The notes below the pieces were generated by a model. The model did not search any database and was not told where the DNA came from. It saw only the letters and a list, made by a program, of their open reading frames with translations. A DNA stretch of 64,000 nucleotides, taken from NCBI GenBank assembly GCA_965204345.1, contig OZ241981.1, forward strand, positions 160,001 through 224,000, written 5' to 3'. Positions 39,986 to 50,850 of this stretch are shown piece after piece. How positions within the stretch are numbered: position 1 is the first letter of the stretch; each line of letters begins with the position of its first letter. The DNA is from Nitrosopumilus sp. GTDB taxonomy: Archaea > Thermoproteota > Nitrososphaeria > Nitrososphaerales > Nitrosopumilaceae. The position numbers and the translations under genes are program-made.

Positions 39986-41665
39986 CTGTCTCTGCTAGAA
40001 AAATTCCCGGATCAGTTTACACCTAGAGATATCCAAAAAGAGATCCTCTCTGAGATTGAGGAAAAGTTAAAGTCGGGATTTAAGAAAATAATCCTTTGTG
40101 CTCCTACCGGAGTCGGAAAATCCCTCGTAGGTGCAACTGTTTCTAATTATTTTGACAGTTCTTTTACCGTGACTGCATCAAAGCATCTTCAGGATCAATA
40201 CATCAAGGATATTCCATTTTTAAAACCAGTTAAGGGAAAGCAGAACTTTCCTTGCCTCAAACTAATGTCTGCTGAAAAAGTAGACGATGACAAAAGTGCC
40301 CTAAGGGGGGGATTGACTTGCGACAAGGGCCAGTGCCAAGAGCGGACTGTTAAAAATGGCAAGGATGTTTTTGAATCCTGTAAATTCAAGCCTACCATTA
40401 GGCAGGTTGAGGATAATGCAACTGATGCTACCTCGTGTCATTATTATCTGCAAAAATATGAGGCTCTTGCATCAAAGCATTCCCTGTGGAACTATCATGC
40501 ATTTTTTACAATAATGAAATTTAACAAGAAACTCTTTGAGGAATACCTGGATAGAAAGATAACCGTGTTTGATGAGGCACATAAGATTGAAGATCAGATT
40601 ATCCAGTTTGTCGGATTTGACATCTTTGCCAGCCAGATAGATGAGTGCGACCTAAGCTCTGAAAAGTATGACTTTGCTGATTTGGATTCGATGATAAAAT
40701 TAACTGAGGATATGGCTTACTCGTATGCCAAAAAGATTAGGGATATCAAGCAAAGCGCCCTCTTTCAGAACAGTCCTGATTACAAATTGATTACAAGCCT
40801 GGAACGCCGTTATGACCGTTCTGCACAGGCAAAAATCGACATCATGTCTGATAAAAATAACTTTGTGGTAAATGACCCCGTCAAAGACTTGGATGGTAAT
40901 TTTAGAATTATCTCTGTTAAACCAATCGATGTTTCAAAATTTGCAAGCTCCTTTTTTGAAACTGATTATCAGATTTTCATGTCTGCCACCATTGACAAGT
41001 CCAGTTTTTGTGAAAATATGGGGTTATACCCTGATGATGTTGCGTTTGTTGATACCCCAAGATCCCCCTTCCCCATTGAAAACAGGAAAGTTGATCTTCT
41101 AAACATTAAAAGGCTAAGCTACGGCTCTACTGAAGAGGACGAGCTTGAGGTAATCAGAGCCATTGACAGAATAATGAATGAGCATTCTGATGAGCGCGGC
41201 TTAATTCTGACTTCCTCCATTCCCAGGTGCAAAAAAATTATCAGACATCTTTCTCCCAAAAACAAGCAAAGGACTAGGCTATGTCATAGTAAAAATCAGG
41301 ACGGGAAAACACAGGATGAGATAATTTCAGAGCATGCATCAGACCCTGCCGGAGTCTTGCTTTCTTCCTCGCTTTGGGAGGGCGTTGATTTGAAAGATGA
41401 CCTGTCTAGATTTCAGATTATAGCAAAGGTTCCCTATCCCAACTATACTGAAAAAAGAACCAGAACAAAAATGAACAAGTTCCCTTTGTGGTATACCTCC
41501 CAAACCCTCACCAAAATTTTGCAGGGATTTGGACGTTCAATCAGAGGCGATGCTGATTGGGCCAAAACATATGTTTTGGATACTGCGGTAAACAATGTTT
41601 TTTTCAAAGGGCAGCAGATGATTCCAAAGGCATACCATGATGTATTGGGAATGGACGAGATCTGA
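39986..41665 (+). CDS. DinG/XPD-family ATP-dependent DNA helicase; start extended to CTG 39986
   Basis: Walker A APTGVGKS lies in frame upstream of the tracked start; DEAH, MSAT, WEGVD, QGFGRSIR. Confidence 0.9.
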   Translation: MSLLEKFPDQFTPRDIQKEILSEIEEKLKSGFKKIILCAPTGVGKSLVGATVSNYFDSSFTVTASKHLQDQYIKDIPFLKPVKGKQNFPCLKLMSAEKVDDDKSALRGGLTCDKGQCQERTVKNGKDVFESCKFKPTIRQVEDNATDATSCHYYLQKYEALASKHSLWNYHAFFTIMKFNKKLFEEYLDRKITVFDEAHKIEDQIIQFVGFDIFASQIDECDLSSEKYDFADLDSMIKLTEDMAYSYAKKIRDIKQSALFQNSPDYKLITSLERRYDRSAQAKIDIMSDKNNFVVNDPVKDLDGNFRIISVKPIDVSKFASSFFETDYQIFMSATIDKSSFCENMGLYPDDVAFVDTPRSPFPIENRKVDLLNIKRLSYGSTEEDELEVIRAIDRIMNEHSDERGLILTSSIPRCKKIIRHLSPKNKQRTRLCHSKNQDGKTQDEIISEHASDPAGVLLSSSLWEGVDLKDDLSRFQIIAKVPYPNYTEKRTRTKMNKFPLWYTSQTLTKILQGFGRSIRGDADWAKTYVLDTAVNNVFFKGQQMIPKAYHDVLGMDEI

Positions 41666-41677
41666 TTTTCCCGGCAA

Positions 41678-41875
41678 TTATCTTCTTTGTGCGCATCCGC
41701 ATTTTACATACGCTATCTTAAACTCCCCGTCTGTCTTGATGTTGTGTGAGATTGGCCTGCGGCATTGCTGGCACTCGTTGAATCCAAAATATTCTTCCAC
41801 CTGAATCATTTTATACTCCCATGATTTTCTCTCTTCGTTCCAGTACACCGAATTAATTTCAGATGGACCATCCAT
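41678..41875 (-). CDS. Small Zn-ribbon protein
   Basis: CQQC ... KCGC. Confidence 0.7.
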   Translation of the reverse strand: MDGPSEINSVYWNEERKSWEYKMIQVEEYFGFNECQQCRRPISHNIKTDGEFKIAYVKCGCAQRR

Positions 41876-41912
41876 GATGTGTACTGTAGGATCAGTTTCA
41901 TTAATTAATTTT

Positions 41913-42128
41913 CTATGGGTTCAGGTTTTTAAAATCCAAACACTTTGAATCAAATTCGCCCAAATACTGTCTTGCATTAATTTTGGAATCTATAATGTAT
42001 AATTCGCAGGTTTCCGAATCAATCATCGGCCTAGAGTTATCATTGCTTATGAACTGAATTACCAGTATTGCCACCAGAATTACTATCAACATCATGGCAA
42101 ATTTGCTTGAATAGATATCCATGATCAA
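41913..42128 (-). CDS. Small membrane protein
   Basis: N-terminal TM helix, two Cys. Confidence 0.7.
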   Translation of the reverse strand: MIMDIYSSKFAMMLIVILVAILVIQFISNDNSRPMIDSETCELYIIDSKINARQYLGEFDSKCLDFKNLNP

Positions 42129-42301
42129 ATGCCGCTGAGCTTTAGTTTAATCATTGTGGGAGCAAGGCAGCCATGCTGAGGAGTTAACCTGTAGTAGACA
42201 ACAGTAATTTGACAAGCATAAAGTTATTTTCTTCTTTTTCCTGTTATCTCTAATAGTTCTTTGATATTGCGATCTATAAAGCTTGTGGACAATTTGTTCT
42301 T

Positions 42302-43975
42302 TTAGGGGCTTGCTGTGGTAATTGCACCCTGTGCTGCTGAACCCACCAATGTTGCGTATTTTGCAAGAGCTCCTGATGTGTAGTTGGGTTCTGGACGTAT
42401 CCATTTCTGCCTTCTTTTTGCCAGCTCCTCTTCTGAAACATCGATATCGATAACTGTGGTTTTAGTATCTATTGTAATTTTGTCTCCATTTTGCACTAGT
42501 GCAATAGGTCCTCCGATATATGCCTCTGGTGCAACATGTCCCACCATGAATCCTCTAGTTCCTCCTGAAAACCGCCCGTCTGTGACCATTGCCACTTTTT
42601 TGCCCAAACCCTGTCCCACAAGAGCGGCAGTAGTTGCAAGCATTTCCCTCATGCCCGGTCCCCCCTTTGGCCCCTCATACCTAATCACCACAACATCTCC
42701 CTCTTGCACATCTCCCTTGGATACTGCATCAAATGCGTGTTCTTCTCTGTCATAGACTTTGGCCCTGCCTGTAAATCTGGTCATCTCTACTCCTGCAGTC
42801 TTAATCACTGCTCCCTCAGGTGCAAGGCTTCCCTTGAGTATCACTGCCGTTCCTACCGGGTGTATTGGATTCTCAACGGGCCTTATGATTGACTGCTCAG
42901 GCTCTGATATGTTCATTGCGTCAAGATTTTCTTGCATCGTTTTGCCTGTGACTGTAATGCAATCCACGTTTAGCAGCCTTTTGTCTGCCAACTTTTTTAG
43001 CACAAAGGGAATCCCTCCAATTTTGTCTAAACTGTTCATCACATAATTTCCGCCCGGCTTCATGTCTGCAATGTGTGGCGTCTTTTTTCTAATTCGTTCA
43101 AAGTCATCATAAGTCAGCTTGATTCTTGCTTCATTTGCCATTGACAGCAAATGCAGTATGCCGTTTGTTGATCCTCCAACTGCATTTAACATGACAATGG
43201 AGTTCTCAAAGGCCTCATATGTCATGATATCCCTCGGCCTGATGTTTGATTCTAATAGTTTTGCACATGCAGCACCGGTATCGTAGACCATCTTGCTGCG
43301 TCTGTCATCTTCTGCCGGGGGACTTGCACTTCCGGGCAATGCCAGTCCAATGGCTTCTGAAATTGATGCCATTGTATTTGCCGTAAACATTCCCCCGCAC
43401 GAGCCCGAACTTGGGCATGCGGTATTTTCAATATTTTTTAGCATCTCCAGGGATATCTGGCCTGCATCATATGCTCCTACTGCCTCATACACATCTACGA
43501 CAGTCAGTTCCTTGCCATCTAGGATTCCGGGCATTATTGTTCCCCCATAAACAAACACTGACGGCAGGTTCAATCTGGCCATTGCCATCATTGTACCTGG
43601 CAAACTTTTGTCACATCCTGCAATTCCTACAATTCCGTCGTATTGATGGGCCCTAACCATAAGTTCTATGGAATCTGCAATGACCTCCCTGGAAATTAAG
43701 GATGATTTCATGCCTTCGTGACCCATTGCAATCCCGTCACTTACTGCAATTGTTGAAAATATTCTTGGGGTTGCACCGTTTTGTCCAACCCCACGCTTTG
43801 CTTCTTCGGCCAATGCAGGCAATAATATGTTGCACGGTGTTGCCTCATTACCTGTGTGGCAAACGCCAATGAAAGGCCTACTGAGATCATCATCATCTAG
43901 TCCCATGGCCTTGTACATTGCCCTGTGCGGCGAACGAGCCGTCCCTCCTACAACATTCTGACTGGATATTTCCAT
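42302..43975 (-). CDS. ilvD: Dihydroxy-acid dehydratase
   Basis: [46 protein letters not shown]. Confidence 0.98.
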   Translation of the reverse strand: MEISSQNVVGGTARSPHRAMYKAMGLDDDDLSRPFIGVCHTGNEATPCNILLPALAEEAKRGVGQNGATPRIFSTIAVSDGIAMGHEGMKSSLISREVIADSIELMVRAHQYDGIVGIAGCDKSLPGTMMAMARLNLPSVFVYGGTIMPGILDGKELTVVDVYEAVGAYDAGQISLEMLKNIENTACPSSGSCGGMFTANTMASISEAIGLALPGSASPPAEDDRRSKMVYDTGAACAKLLESNIRPRDIMTYEAFENSIVMLNAVGGSTNGILHLLSMANEARIKLTYDDFERIRKKTPHIADMKPGGNYVMNSLDKIGGIPFVLKKLADKRLLNVDCITVTGKTMQENLDAMNISEPEQSIIRPVENPIHPVGTAVILKGSLAPEGAVIKTAGVEMTRFTGRAKVYDREEHAFDAVSKGDVQEGDVVVIRYEGPKGGPGMREMLATTAALVGQGLGKKVAMVTDGRFSGGTRGFMVGHVAPEAYIGGPIALVQNGDKITIDTKTTVIDIDVSEEELAKRRQKWIRPEPNYTSGALAKYATLVGSAAQGAITTASP

Positions 43976-44044
43976 AACATGTAATTTTTGGATTGCTATA
44001 ATTTAGACTTTATCTAGATTCTGAATCTCAGGATTTTATGCCTT

Positions 44045-44242
44045 GTGGGGGGAGGAGCAGGGAATCTGTTTTTAAATGCGGCACAATCCTTAATTTGTAT
44101 TAAATTCAATGAGAACAGATTGGTTTGTCTTAGATGTGATGGAAAAGGTCAATACAAGAATGAGTTTGGAATAATGGAAAAATGTGAGTCATGTCAAAAA
44201 AGGGATATGACTTTTGAAAGGGCAGATACAGAGCCGGATTAA
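44045..44242 (+). CDS. Small DnaJ-like Zn-finger protein (start uncertain)
   Basis: CLRCDGKG ... CESC. Confidence 0.5.
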   Translation: MGGGAGNLFLNAAQSLICIKFNENRLVCLRCDGKGQYKNEFGIMEKCESCQKRDMTFERADTEPD

Positions 44243-44309
44243 ACGAAGAGTGTACTGTGTTAAAATAAATTTCCACTTGGTTTAAATTCCAAATGTCTTC
44301 GGGTCAATC

Positions 44310-44507
44310 ATGGAACAAAAAACACTTGAATGTCCAGTATGCAAGAGTAACAAGGCAGAGATTGCAGGAGAAAATGTAAAACTGGGTGGCAGATTTGAAG
44401 ACAAGGAATTTCTTACTACTGAACTAACTGTTTTGCGGTGTACCCGTTGTGGATATTACATGTTTTTTGACAAAATGGCCCAGTTTACAACCAGGGATGA
44501 ACTTTAA
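44310..44507 (+). CDS. Small Zn-ribbon protein
   Basis: CPVC ... CTRCGY. Confidence 0.75.
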   Translation: MEQKTLECPVCKSNKAEIAGENVKLGGRFEDKEFLTTELTVLRCTRCGYYMFFDKMAQFTTRDEL

Positions 44508-44511
44508 GACT

Positions 44512-45108
44512 CTACTTGACGAGTTGCTGCTGATCTAACTGCAGCAAGTATCCTTCTATTTCTTCAGGTGTTTCATCACCAAATGTAATTAAAACCCTGT
44601 CGTCTTCTGTTATCTCATAGTCTCTGATATCTGATACCTGTTCCCTGTTGATGAAAAATTGCAGTGTATAGTCCTCATTTGTACAGAAAGATTTTCCATC
44701 TGGGAATACAAAACATTCATCATCTAATCCTATAGATAACGTTTCAAACAGATATCCCAAATCTACTCCTGTTGCATGCTTGTGAATGGTTGTTCCATCC
44801 CTTCCTTCAAAATGAATCCAGCTTGATTTGATTTGGAAAGCCGGACTTGAAAAGTCAAATGTATCTCCAAATATTTTTACTAGCAATGCTGCATGAGAGT
44901 GCTCACTTCCTAGTGCTCCTGCATCATCTGGTCCTCCCGGTACAGTCTCTGACATATTTACAAATATCCAAGCTGCATATCCCACTATAACTGCAATAAC
45001 TCCTAAAACCCCGATGGTAATCAGCATGTGTTTTCGTTTTTCAGCCGAGTGCTTGGTTGCGTAATTTTCGCGCTTTTCTTCACGACTACGCCTTTCTTTT
45101 CTGCCCAT
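44512..45108 (-). CDS. Conserved archaeal membrane-anchored His-rich protein
   Basis: Basic N-terminus, TM helix, HSHA, IHFE...IHKHA. Confidence 0.8.
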   Translation of the reverse strand: MGRKERRSREEKRENYATKHSAEKRKHMLITIGVLGVIAVIVGYAAWIFVNMSETVPGGPDDAGALGSEHSHAALLVKIFGDTFDFSSPAFQIKSSWIHFEGRDGTTIHKHATGVDLGYLFETLSIGLDDECFVFPDGKSFCTNEDYTLQFFINREQVSDIRDYEITEDDRVLITFGDETPEEIEGYLLQLDQQQLVK

Positions 45109-45384
45109 GAGACAATCAAACTCTAAAATTTACCCTAATTAACTTACTGTCCATTCCACCAATCAAATATTGGATACTTGATCGGCAATAAATTTTGGAA
45201 TCTGCATCATTGATCATATCCTCAAGAATACTCTTAGGGAATTTGAATTAGTTTCATGATTTTTTTTGCTTTTTTAATTTGATTTGCTCAATCCTGATTT
45301 TTTTGCAAGACTATGAAAACGACTGTTGTTCATGGATGGAAGGGTGTGCTATGCTGTATGAACTGCAATCAAATCTATGAGTTT

Positions 45385-46533
45385 CTACATTTTATCTATT
45401 TGAATTAATTGATCATACAGATAGGCCTGTTCTGCAAGTAGATTTTTCATCTGTTTTCCCTCATCGCTGTTCTTGCCATATTTTGACACTAGTTTTTTAC
45501 ATTCATTTCTTTTTTCTATATCTTCTAATGCAGATAAATTACGTAGTTTATTGAGCATCTGTTTTGTTTTTTTGGTTATCGTTTCTGATTCAATTCCATT
45601 AAATTTTTTCAGAATTAATTTGACCATTACTTTAATCAATAAAATATCAGCCACATGAGCATAACTGGGATAACGTCTATTTCCCAACATCTCTTTGGCA
45701 AATTTTTGAAATCGTCCTTGATAAGAAAGATTTAATTTTATTTGATTATTTGTAATCAATATTTTATCTGAAAAAGTGTCAAGATCATCTGACATTTCTT
45801 TAAAAGTTGGGGGATTTTCTTTAAAATAAGTTGTCTCATCCAAAGAGATTTTTTCAAAAGTATCAATTATCATCTCCATTGACAATTCACCTGTAACTGA
45901 TTTTAACAAAGTTGCAATATCATAGATTTGTTTTGGTACATCAAGTTCCCTCCTATGATCTATTCCTATTGTGTTAAACGGAAGAGCTGTCGATTTATCG
46001 CCAATCAAAGATTCACGATCATAAATAGACAAAGGAAAATTTATTCCGAGTCCCATAATTTCAGTTTTATTTTTTATTTTCTTTGATTGAATTTGCATAT
46101 TGTTTCCATAAAAAATTTCAATTTTTATTTGAGGATTTTCATCAACTGAGGACTGATAGTCACAAAAATATGTCAGCAGCGGTAATGTTTTGTTACTATT
46201 TCCTTTTGGGATATGTGGTTTGCCAATTTCCACTTTACTTTTGAGTTTTTCTGAAACTATTTTCATTGCTTTAACAATTTCTTCCCTAGAACTGCCTGTT
46301 ACAATATCAATATCTACGCTCAATCGTCGTAGTGTTCTGTCATGAAGATGAAAAGGTACTGCCATACCGCCTTTAACAACACAGTCAGGGATTACTTTCT
46401 GAATGTGGGTTAGCATTTCAAAATCCATTATGAATTTTTCTAACAGCGATGCATCTCTAAATCCATAAGATTTTCTAATTGTGTCAATGTGTTCTTTATT
46501 CAAAATGTCTTTAAAGTGCAGTTCTACCATCAA
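45385..46533 (-). CDS. AbiEii/AbiGii-family nucleotidyltransferase (type IV TA toxin)
   Basis: VKGGMAV......RRLSVDID, IKIE, GDK..AL, KQIYDI. Confidence 0.85.
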   Translation of the reverse strand: MMVELHFKDILNKEHIDTIRKSYGFRDASLLEKFIMDFEMLTHIQKVIPDCVVKGGMAVPFHLHDRTLRRLSVDIDIVTGSSREEIVKAMKIVSEKLKSKVEIGKPHIPKGNSNKTLPLLTYFCDYQSSVDENPQIKIEIFYGNNMQIQSKKIKNKTEIMGLGINFPLSIYDRESLIGDKSTALPFNTIGIDHRRELDVPKQIYDIATLLKSVTGELSMEMIIDTFEKISLDETTYFKENPPTFKEMSDDLDTFSDKILITNNQIKLNLSYQGRFQKFAKEMLGNRRYPSYAHVADILLIKVMVKLILKKFNGIESETITKKTKQMLNKLRNLSALEDIEKRNECKKLVSKYGKNSDEGKQMKNLLAEQAYLYDQLIQIDKM

Positions 46534-48448
46534 AGCTCATCTCCCAAAATGTTTCCAAGCAACTCTAATTTTTTGATAAACTTTGCATAGGTTTGTAAAT
46601 TTTCATAATCGATCAAGTTAGATCTTTTCATCGTTGCAAACATTCGTCGTAGTTCTAATTCGTCTAATTGGCCATGATACTATGTGTTTCATTTACTAGA
46701 TCAAGAAATGCTTTTTCAGGGGTGGCTATTGTGGAGCCCCTAATTACTGCATATTCTCTTATGGCGATAACTCTTTTAGTAGTAGGTATTTTTAGGAATA
46801 TCCCCAGTACCTTTCTATCTGATGCATGTATTACGTCGAATTTTTGGTGAAATTTATCTGCCAATAATTCTGCAAGATATTCTCCCTTTGCAGGCTCTGT
46901 GTAAAGTGTATAGGTTAGTTTTCCACGCAAGTTATGCAGGTACGGGGTGAGTGTAGTTAACGCAGTAAACTGGAATTTGAATCCAAAGTTTTCTTTGAGA
47001 TGGTCATGAACTTCAATTAATTCATCTGTTAATTTGTAATTTGGTATGTTGGGAATGCCAACTTCTCGGTCTCTAAAAATCTCTTTTTTATTACTTTTTT
47101 CTGACCATGTATTTAGAAATCCTTTGATATCCTGATTTCTTTTTTCCAATAATTTTTCAAAGTTTGGATTTTCTCCAAGCAATTTTATTTCTGAGGCAAT
47201 TATGCCAATGAGAAACAAGGGGTTTTTTACAAATCTAAATGAATCATCATCTTTGTTTATCGTTACTTTGATGTCTGAATTATTTTTTTCTATAATGTAC
47301 AAGGGCTTGTTTTTAAGTGATTTTATGCCTATTTCTACCAAATTACCGCCTATTTTCATTTCAAAAGGCTCTGTGTTATCTAGCAGTTCCTGTGAAACCT
47401 GAGAACGTACGCTGCGTTCTAGATGTTGTGCTGAAGAATTCTTATTAAAATAAGCAAAGACGGATTCAACAGATACTGTGCTTTCACTTTTAGATTTTGA
47501 TGATTGTATTGTTTGCTTGAATGCAGGTGATAACTTAAAAGCATTAACTGCTTTTTTATATTCTGAACTTTCTTCAATGAAGGCACTCTTGCTGAAATTT
47601 ACAGGAACATGGTCCATATTCAATTCTCCAACTATCTTGGCATTTTCCGGATGTGCGGGAAATCCAAATTTTTCAAATGCTTTTATCAGCCTTCCATGCC
47701 TAAACAAATGCATTCCATAATCTCCCTTTATCGAACGTTTCTTCAATAATGCAACATAACCACTAATTTTTTTTCCAAATCCTAATTCAAGCTGAATGTT
47801 TTTTTTACTTTCTTCTACAATATTTGGCTTTTTAGGTTTGCAAAATACACTATTGATTTGGATTGAAACTTGGTTTGTTTCCAAGTAAGGAAAATAACGT
47901 ATGCCAAAACTTTCTTTGAATTTTGAAACTTGGTTTGGGTATAACGGCACGTTCAACTCAGAAATTATAATTCTTGTTCCATGCCAGTCTTCTCTTTCTT
48001 CTGTTAGAGTTTTTTCAGTAATGACAAAATTTCTCCAGTTTTGCGCTTTATCAGATAGCCAATTTTTTTCATCATATTCTGTACGATATTCTTTGTTGGA
48101 GTTAATTTTAGATGTAGTAACAGTGAATTTTTTTCCTAATGCAGAACATGCACTTTTCATTCCAATTCCAAATTGTCCCAATTCATCGTCAGCTTTTGTC
48201 CCCTTTGCAATAGTCATTGCATTTGTCAGATCTTGCTTATCCATTCCATTACCATTGTCTCTCACTTCGATCCATTTTTCTTGGAAATCCAAATGAACTT
48301 TGATTGTTCCTTTTTCATCAGAAATTCTAGCATCTATAGAATTATCTAACAATTCGGCAACTGCTTGTTCTGTTCTATATCCGGCAAAACCCAATTTTTG
48401 GACAAGTGATTTGTCTGGTGTGATATCTACCTGAATATTGCTATCCAT
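46530..48448 (-). CDS. GHKL (HATPase_c_3/MORC-like) ATPase fused to AbiEi-like C-terminal domain; frameshift ~46680 (tracked ORF 46664-48448)
   Basis: ELLDNSIDA, DNGNGM, GQFGIGMK, GTRI; C-terminal IATPEKAFLDL; alternative frame continues YHGQLDELELRRMF...ILGDEL* and overlaps the abiEii start. Confidence 0.8.
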
Positions 48449-48464
48449 ATAAAAAGAACTTAAA

Positions 48465-48572
48465 TCTAGAATTAAAGGCTTTTTCTAGATATATGCTCAT
48501 ATTGAGCCTGCATGCATTAGATATACAAATTGTATACATTTTATATGTCTAGAAAATGCTCATTTTTCTAGA
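48465..48572. promoter_or_regulatory. Two 25-bp palindromic operators TCTAGAA-N11-TTCTAGA
   Basis: At 48465-48489 and 48548-48572, directly upstream of the GHKL-AbiEi gene. Confidence 0.7.
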
Positions 48573-48928
48573 TTTAAATTCATTAGTTAAATACTAAATT
48601 TTTAAAGTAATATCTAAACAAGTCAAAAGACCATGAATTAAAGGCTCTGTCTATCTTTATTGAAAGTGTTGATCCTTGATCGATATTGTTGTTGACAAGA
48701 TATCTTTGTATCGCCCATCAAATGACATTCTATGTGGGTTGCAAGGAAGGATTTATTCATGATTTTGTGTGGTTTGAGATATTATCCTCAAAAAGATGCA
48801 TGCATTGTGGGCAAGAAGAAAGATGAAAAGTCTTTTGGATTCGCATTCTACACCTAAATTGTGCCTGTTCCTCAAAAAATCCTTCTGACTAGTCAAAACA
48901 ATAAATAAAATTACAAAATGCTATCTTT

Positions 48929-49333
48929 ATGGGTTGTATTTTTTGTGATATTTTGGATGAAAAACGCGAGGGTCATTTTATTTATGAAGATGATTCACAT
49001 GTTGCATTTTTAGATAAATATCCCATTGATGTGGGTCACAGTCTAGTAATTCCACGAAAACACCATGAGCGAATCACCGATATGGACTCCCAAGACGTTG
49101 GGCGCCTGTTTGCAATAGTTCCAAAAATTGCAAAGGCCGTCTTAGAAGCTGCCGGGGCAGATGCCTTTAGTCTTGGTCAAAATAATGGCCGTGCAGCCAA
49201 ACAGATCATCCCTCATGTCCACATCCATATCATCCCCCGCTACAATGCCAAAGGGACTGTGTGGACAAAACGTCAAATTGCAGATGGCGATGAGCTTGTA
49301 AAACTAGCTGCTAGAATTCGTAGTCTTACTTAG
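48929..49333 (+). CDS. HIT family hydrolase
   Basis: CIFC, HVHIHIIPR histidine triad. Confidence 0.95.
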   Translation: MGCIFCDILDEKREGHFIYEDDSHVAFLDKYPIDVGHSLVIPRKHHERITDMDSQDVGRLFAIVPKIAKAVLEAAGADAFSLGQNNGRAAKQIIPHVHIHIIPRYNAKGTVWTKRQIADGDELVKLAARIRSLT

Positions 49334-50606
49334 AATGGCCTGGGTTGTACCTTAAAATCGCTCCAATTTTTCCCAGACTTGCCAGATTGTTTCCATGCTC
49401 TGCACTTCCTGAAATAACCTCTAGTTGAGTACCCACCTTTGCTGCAAGTAGTTCCAAATAATCTACAATGTCTTGTTCACTTGTCTCTACTTCCATTGCG
49501 TTACATTCAGGACATGGCTTGTTGGCATATTCTGTTTTTTTTGGAATAACTAGGGGCCTTTCTACTATCTCTTCTTGGATATGATTACATCGTTTGCACT
49601 TGCCCTCAACTCTGTGCAAGTTAGTGTTATCTGTAATTAACAAAATACTGACTACGTTATTTTTTAGGTATTCTATGACTTCTTGCAATCCGTATGATCC
49701 TTTTCCCGTGTTGGTGTTTATCTCACGAAACAAATCTTCGACTAATTTTTTCTCTTCTACCATTCTGAAACTTCCCAAGATATCTGATGATTTTTCAAAT
49801 GCTTCCCTAATTCCTTCTGATCCCGAATATGATGCATCAATCGTGCTGATGATGTTATTTTGCAATCTGTATTCCAAATAATTACCGTTGATGAAATCCT
49901 CTTTTGTAGGACCAGGACCCGAAATTATCAGTCCTTTGACCGGATAAATATCGATAAAAAATTCTCTTGTCGTTTGTGCAACCCTGTTGTAAAAATAATT
50001 TAATTCCATCTCTCTTAATTTCTGGAATCTTTTTGCAGATTGTCCTCCTTGCCTGTGCTTTCCTGCTACCCCTGACCCCGTATGATCTAACACTTCGATC
50101 TTATCCCCCTGCAGCAATCCCCATCCTGCGTCTTTTGCATCTATTGCTAAAAATCCTATAAGATTGTCGTCTTTTAGCATGTCTTTGAGAATATCTACAT
50201 GAAAATGATCATCGCATCGGTACAGATACTGATTCAAGTCTTTAGGAGGATCAACTTCCCATACTGTAACTACTTCACTTCCTAGTGGTCCCCCTTCTTC
50301 TGGAGGCAATGCCCCGCAGAACATCACCAATCCTCTCTCTGGAGTTTTCTTGTATAGTTTTAGCCTTTGTACAACTTTTCCTAGGGAATCTACCACATGT
50401 GATCTTGTGAGATCTGATTTTATGTTATCTGCCGTACCCTGTTCCTGTTGAAGCGAACTGATTATTTCATGTAGTTGCTTTCCCTTTGGAATATACACCG
50501 TAATAAGCTCTGTGCCTCTGCCTGATTTTTTTGATAATTCCTCAAGCGTTTTTCTGATTTTGTAGAGTTTTACTGAATCCTGTTTCTCTATGTTAATTTT
50601 GCCCAT
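49326..50606 (-). CDS. prf1: Peptide chain release factor aRF1
   Basis: GTELIT, NIKS, YRCD, GGQS, GAILRY. Confidence 0.98.
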   Translation of the reverse strand: MGKINIEKQDSVKLYKIRKTLEELSKKSGRGTELITVYIPKGKQLHEIISSLQQEQGTADNIKSDLTRSHVVDSLGKVVQRLKLYKKTPERGLVMFCGALPPEEGGPLGSEVVTVWEVDPPKDLNQYLYRCDDHFHVDILKDMLKDDNLIGFLAIDAKDAGWGLLQGDKIEVLDHTGSGVAGKHRQGGQSAKRFQKLREMELNYFYNRVAQTTREFFIDIYPVKGLIISGPGPTKEDFINGNYLEYRLQNNIISTIDASYSGSEGIREAFEKSSDILGSFRMVEEKKLVEDLFREINTNTGKGSYGLQEVIEYLKNNVVSILLITDNTNLHRVEGKCKRCNHIQEEIVERPLVIPKKTEYANKPCPECNAMEVETSEQDIVDYLELLAAKVGTQLEVISGSAEHGNNLASLGKIGAILRYNPGHSK

Positions 50607-50850
50607 TTGTGTTTTTATTCATATTTGCAAATATTAATTGATTCACTTGCAACTCATCAAATGTTTCTAAGAAATACCTCTGTGGCTGGTTTCCTCAAAT
50701 TTTGATAGTTTTTTATTCACAAGACCAAAAATCCGTATGAGTCATGTACTAAATCTGAACATTTGACCTGCAATAGAGTCATGTGTTGGTGATTTTCAGG
50801 CAGACAGAATCCAATTAAAACAGGGGCAAATGCCCGATTCTAACATCTGA

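Noticed and set aside
48722-48830. Small ORF MTFYVGCKEGFIHDF... with CMHC in a shifted frame
   Set aside because: Probably a frameshifted tiny Zn-protein relic; too short to support.
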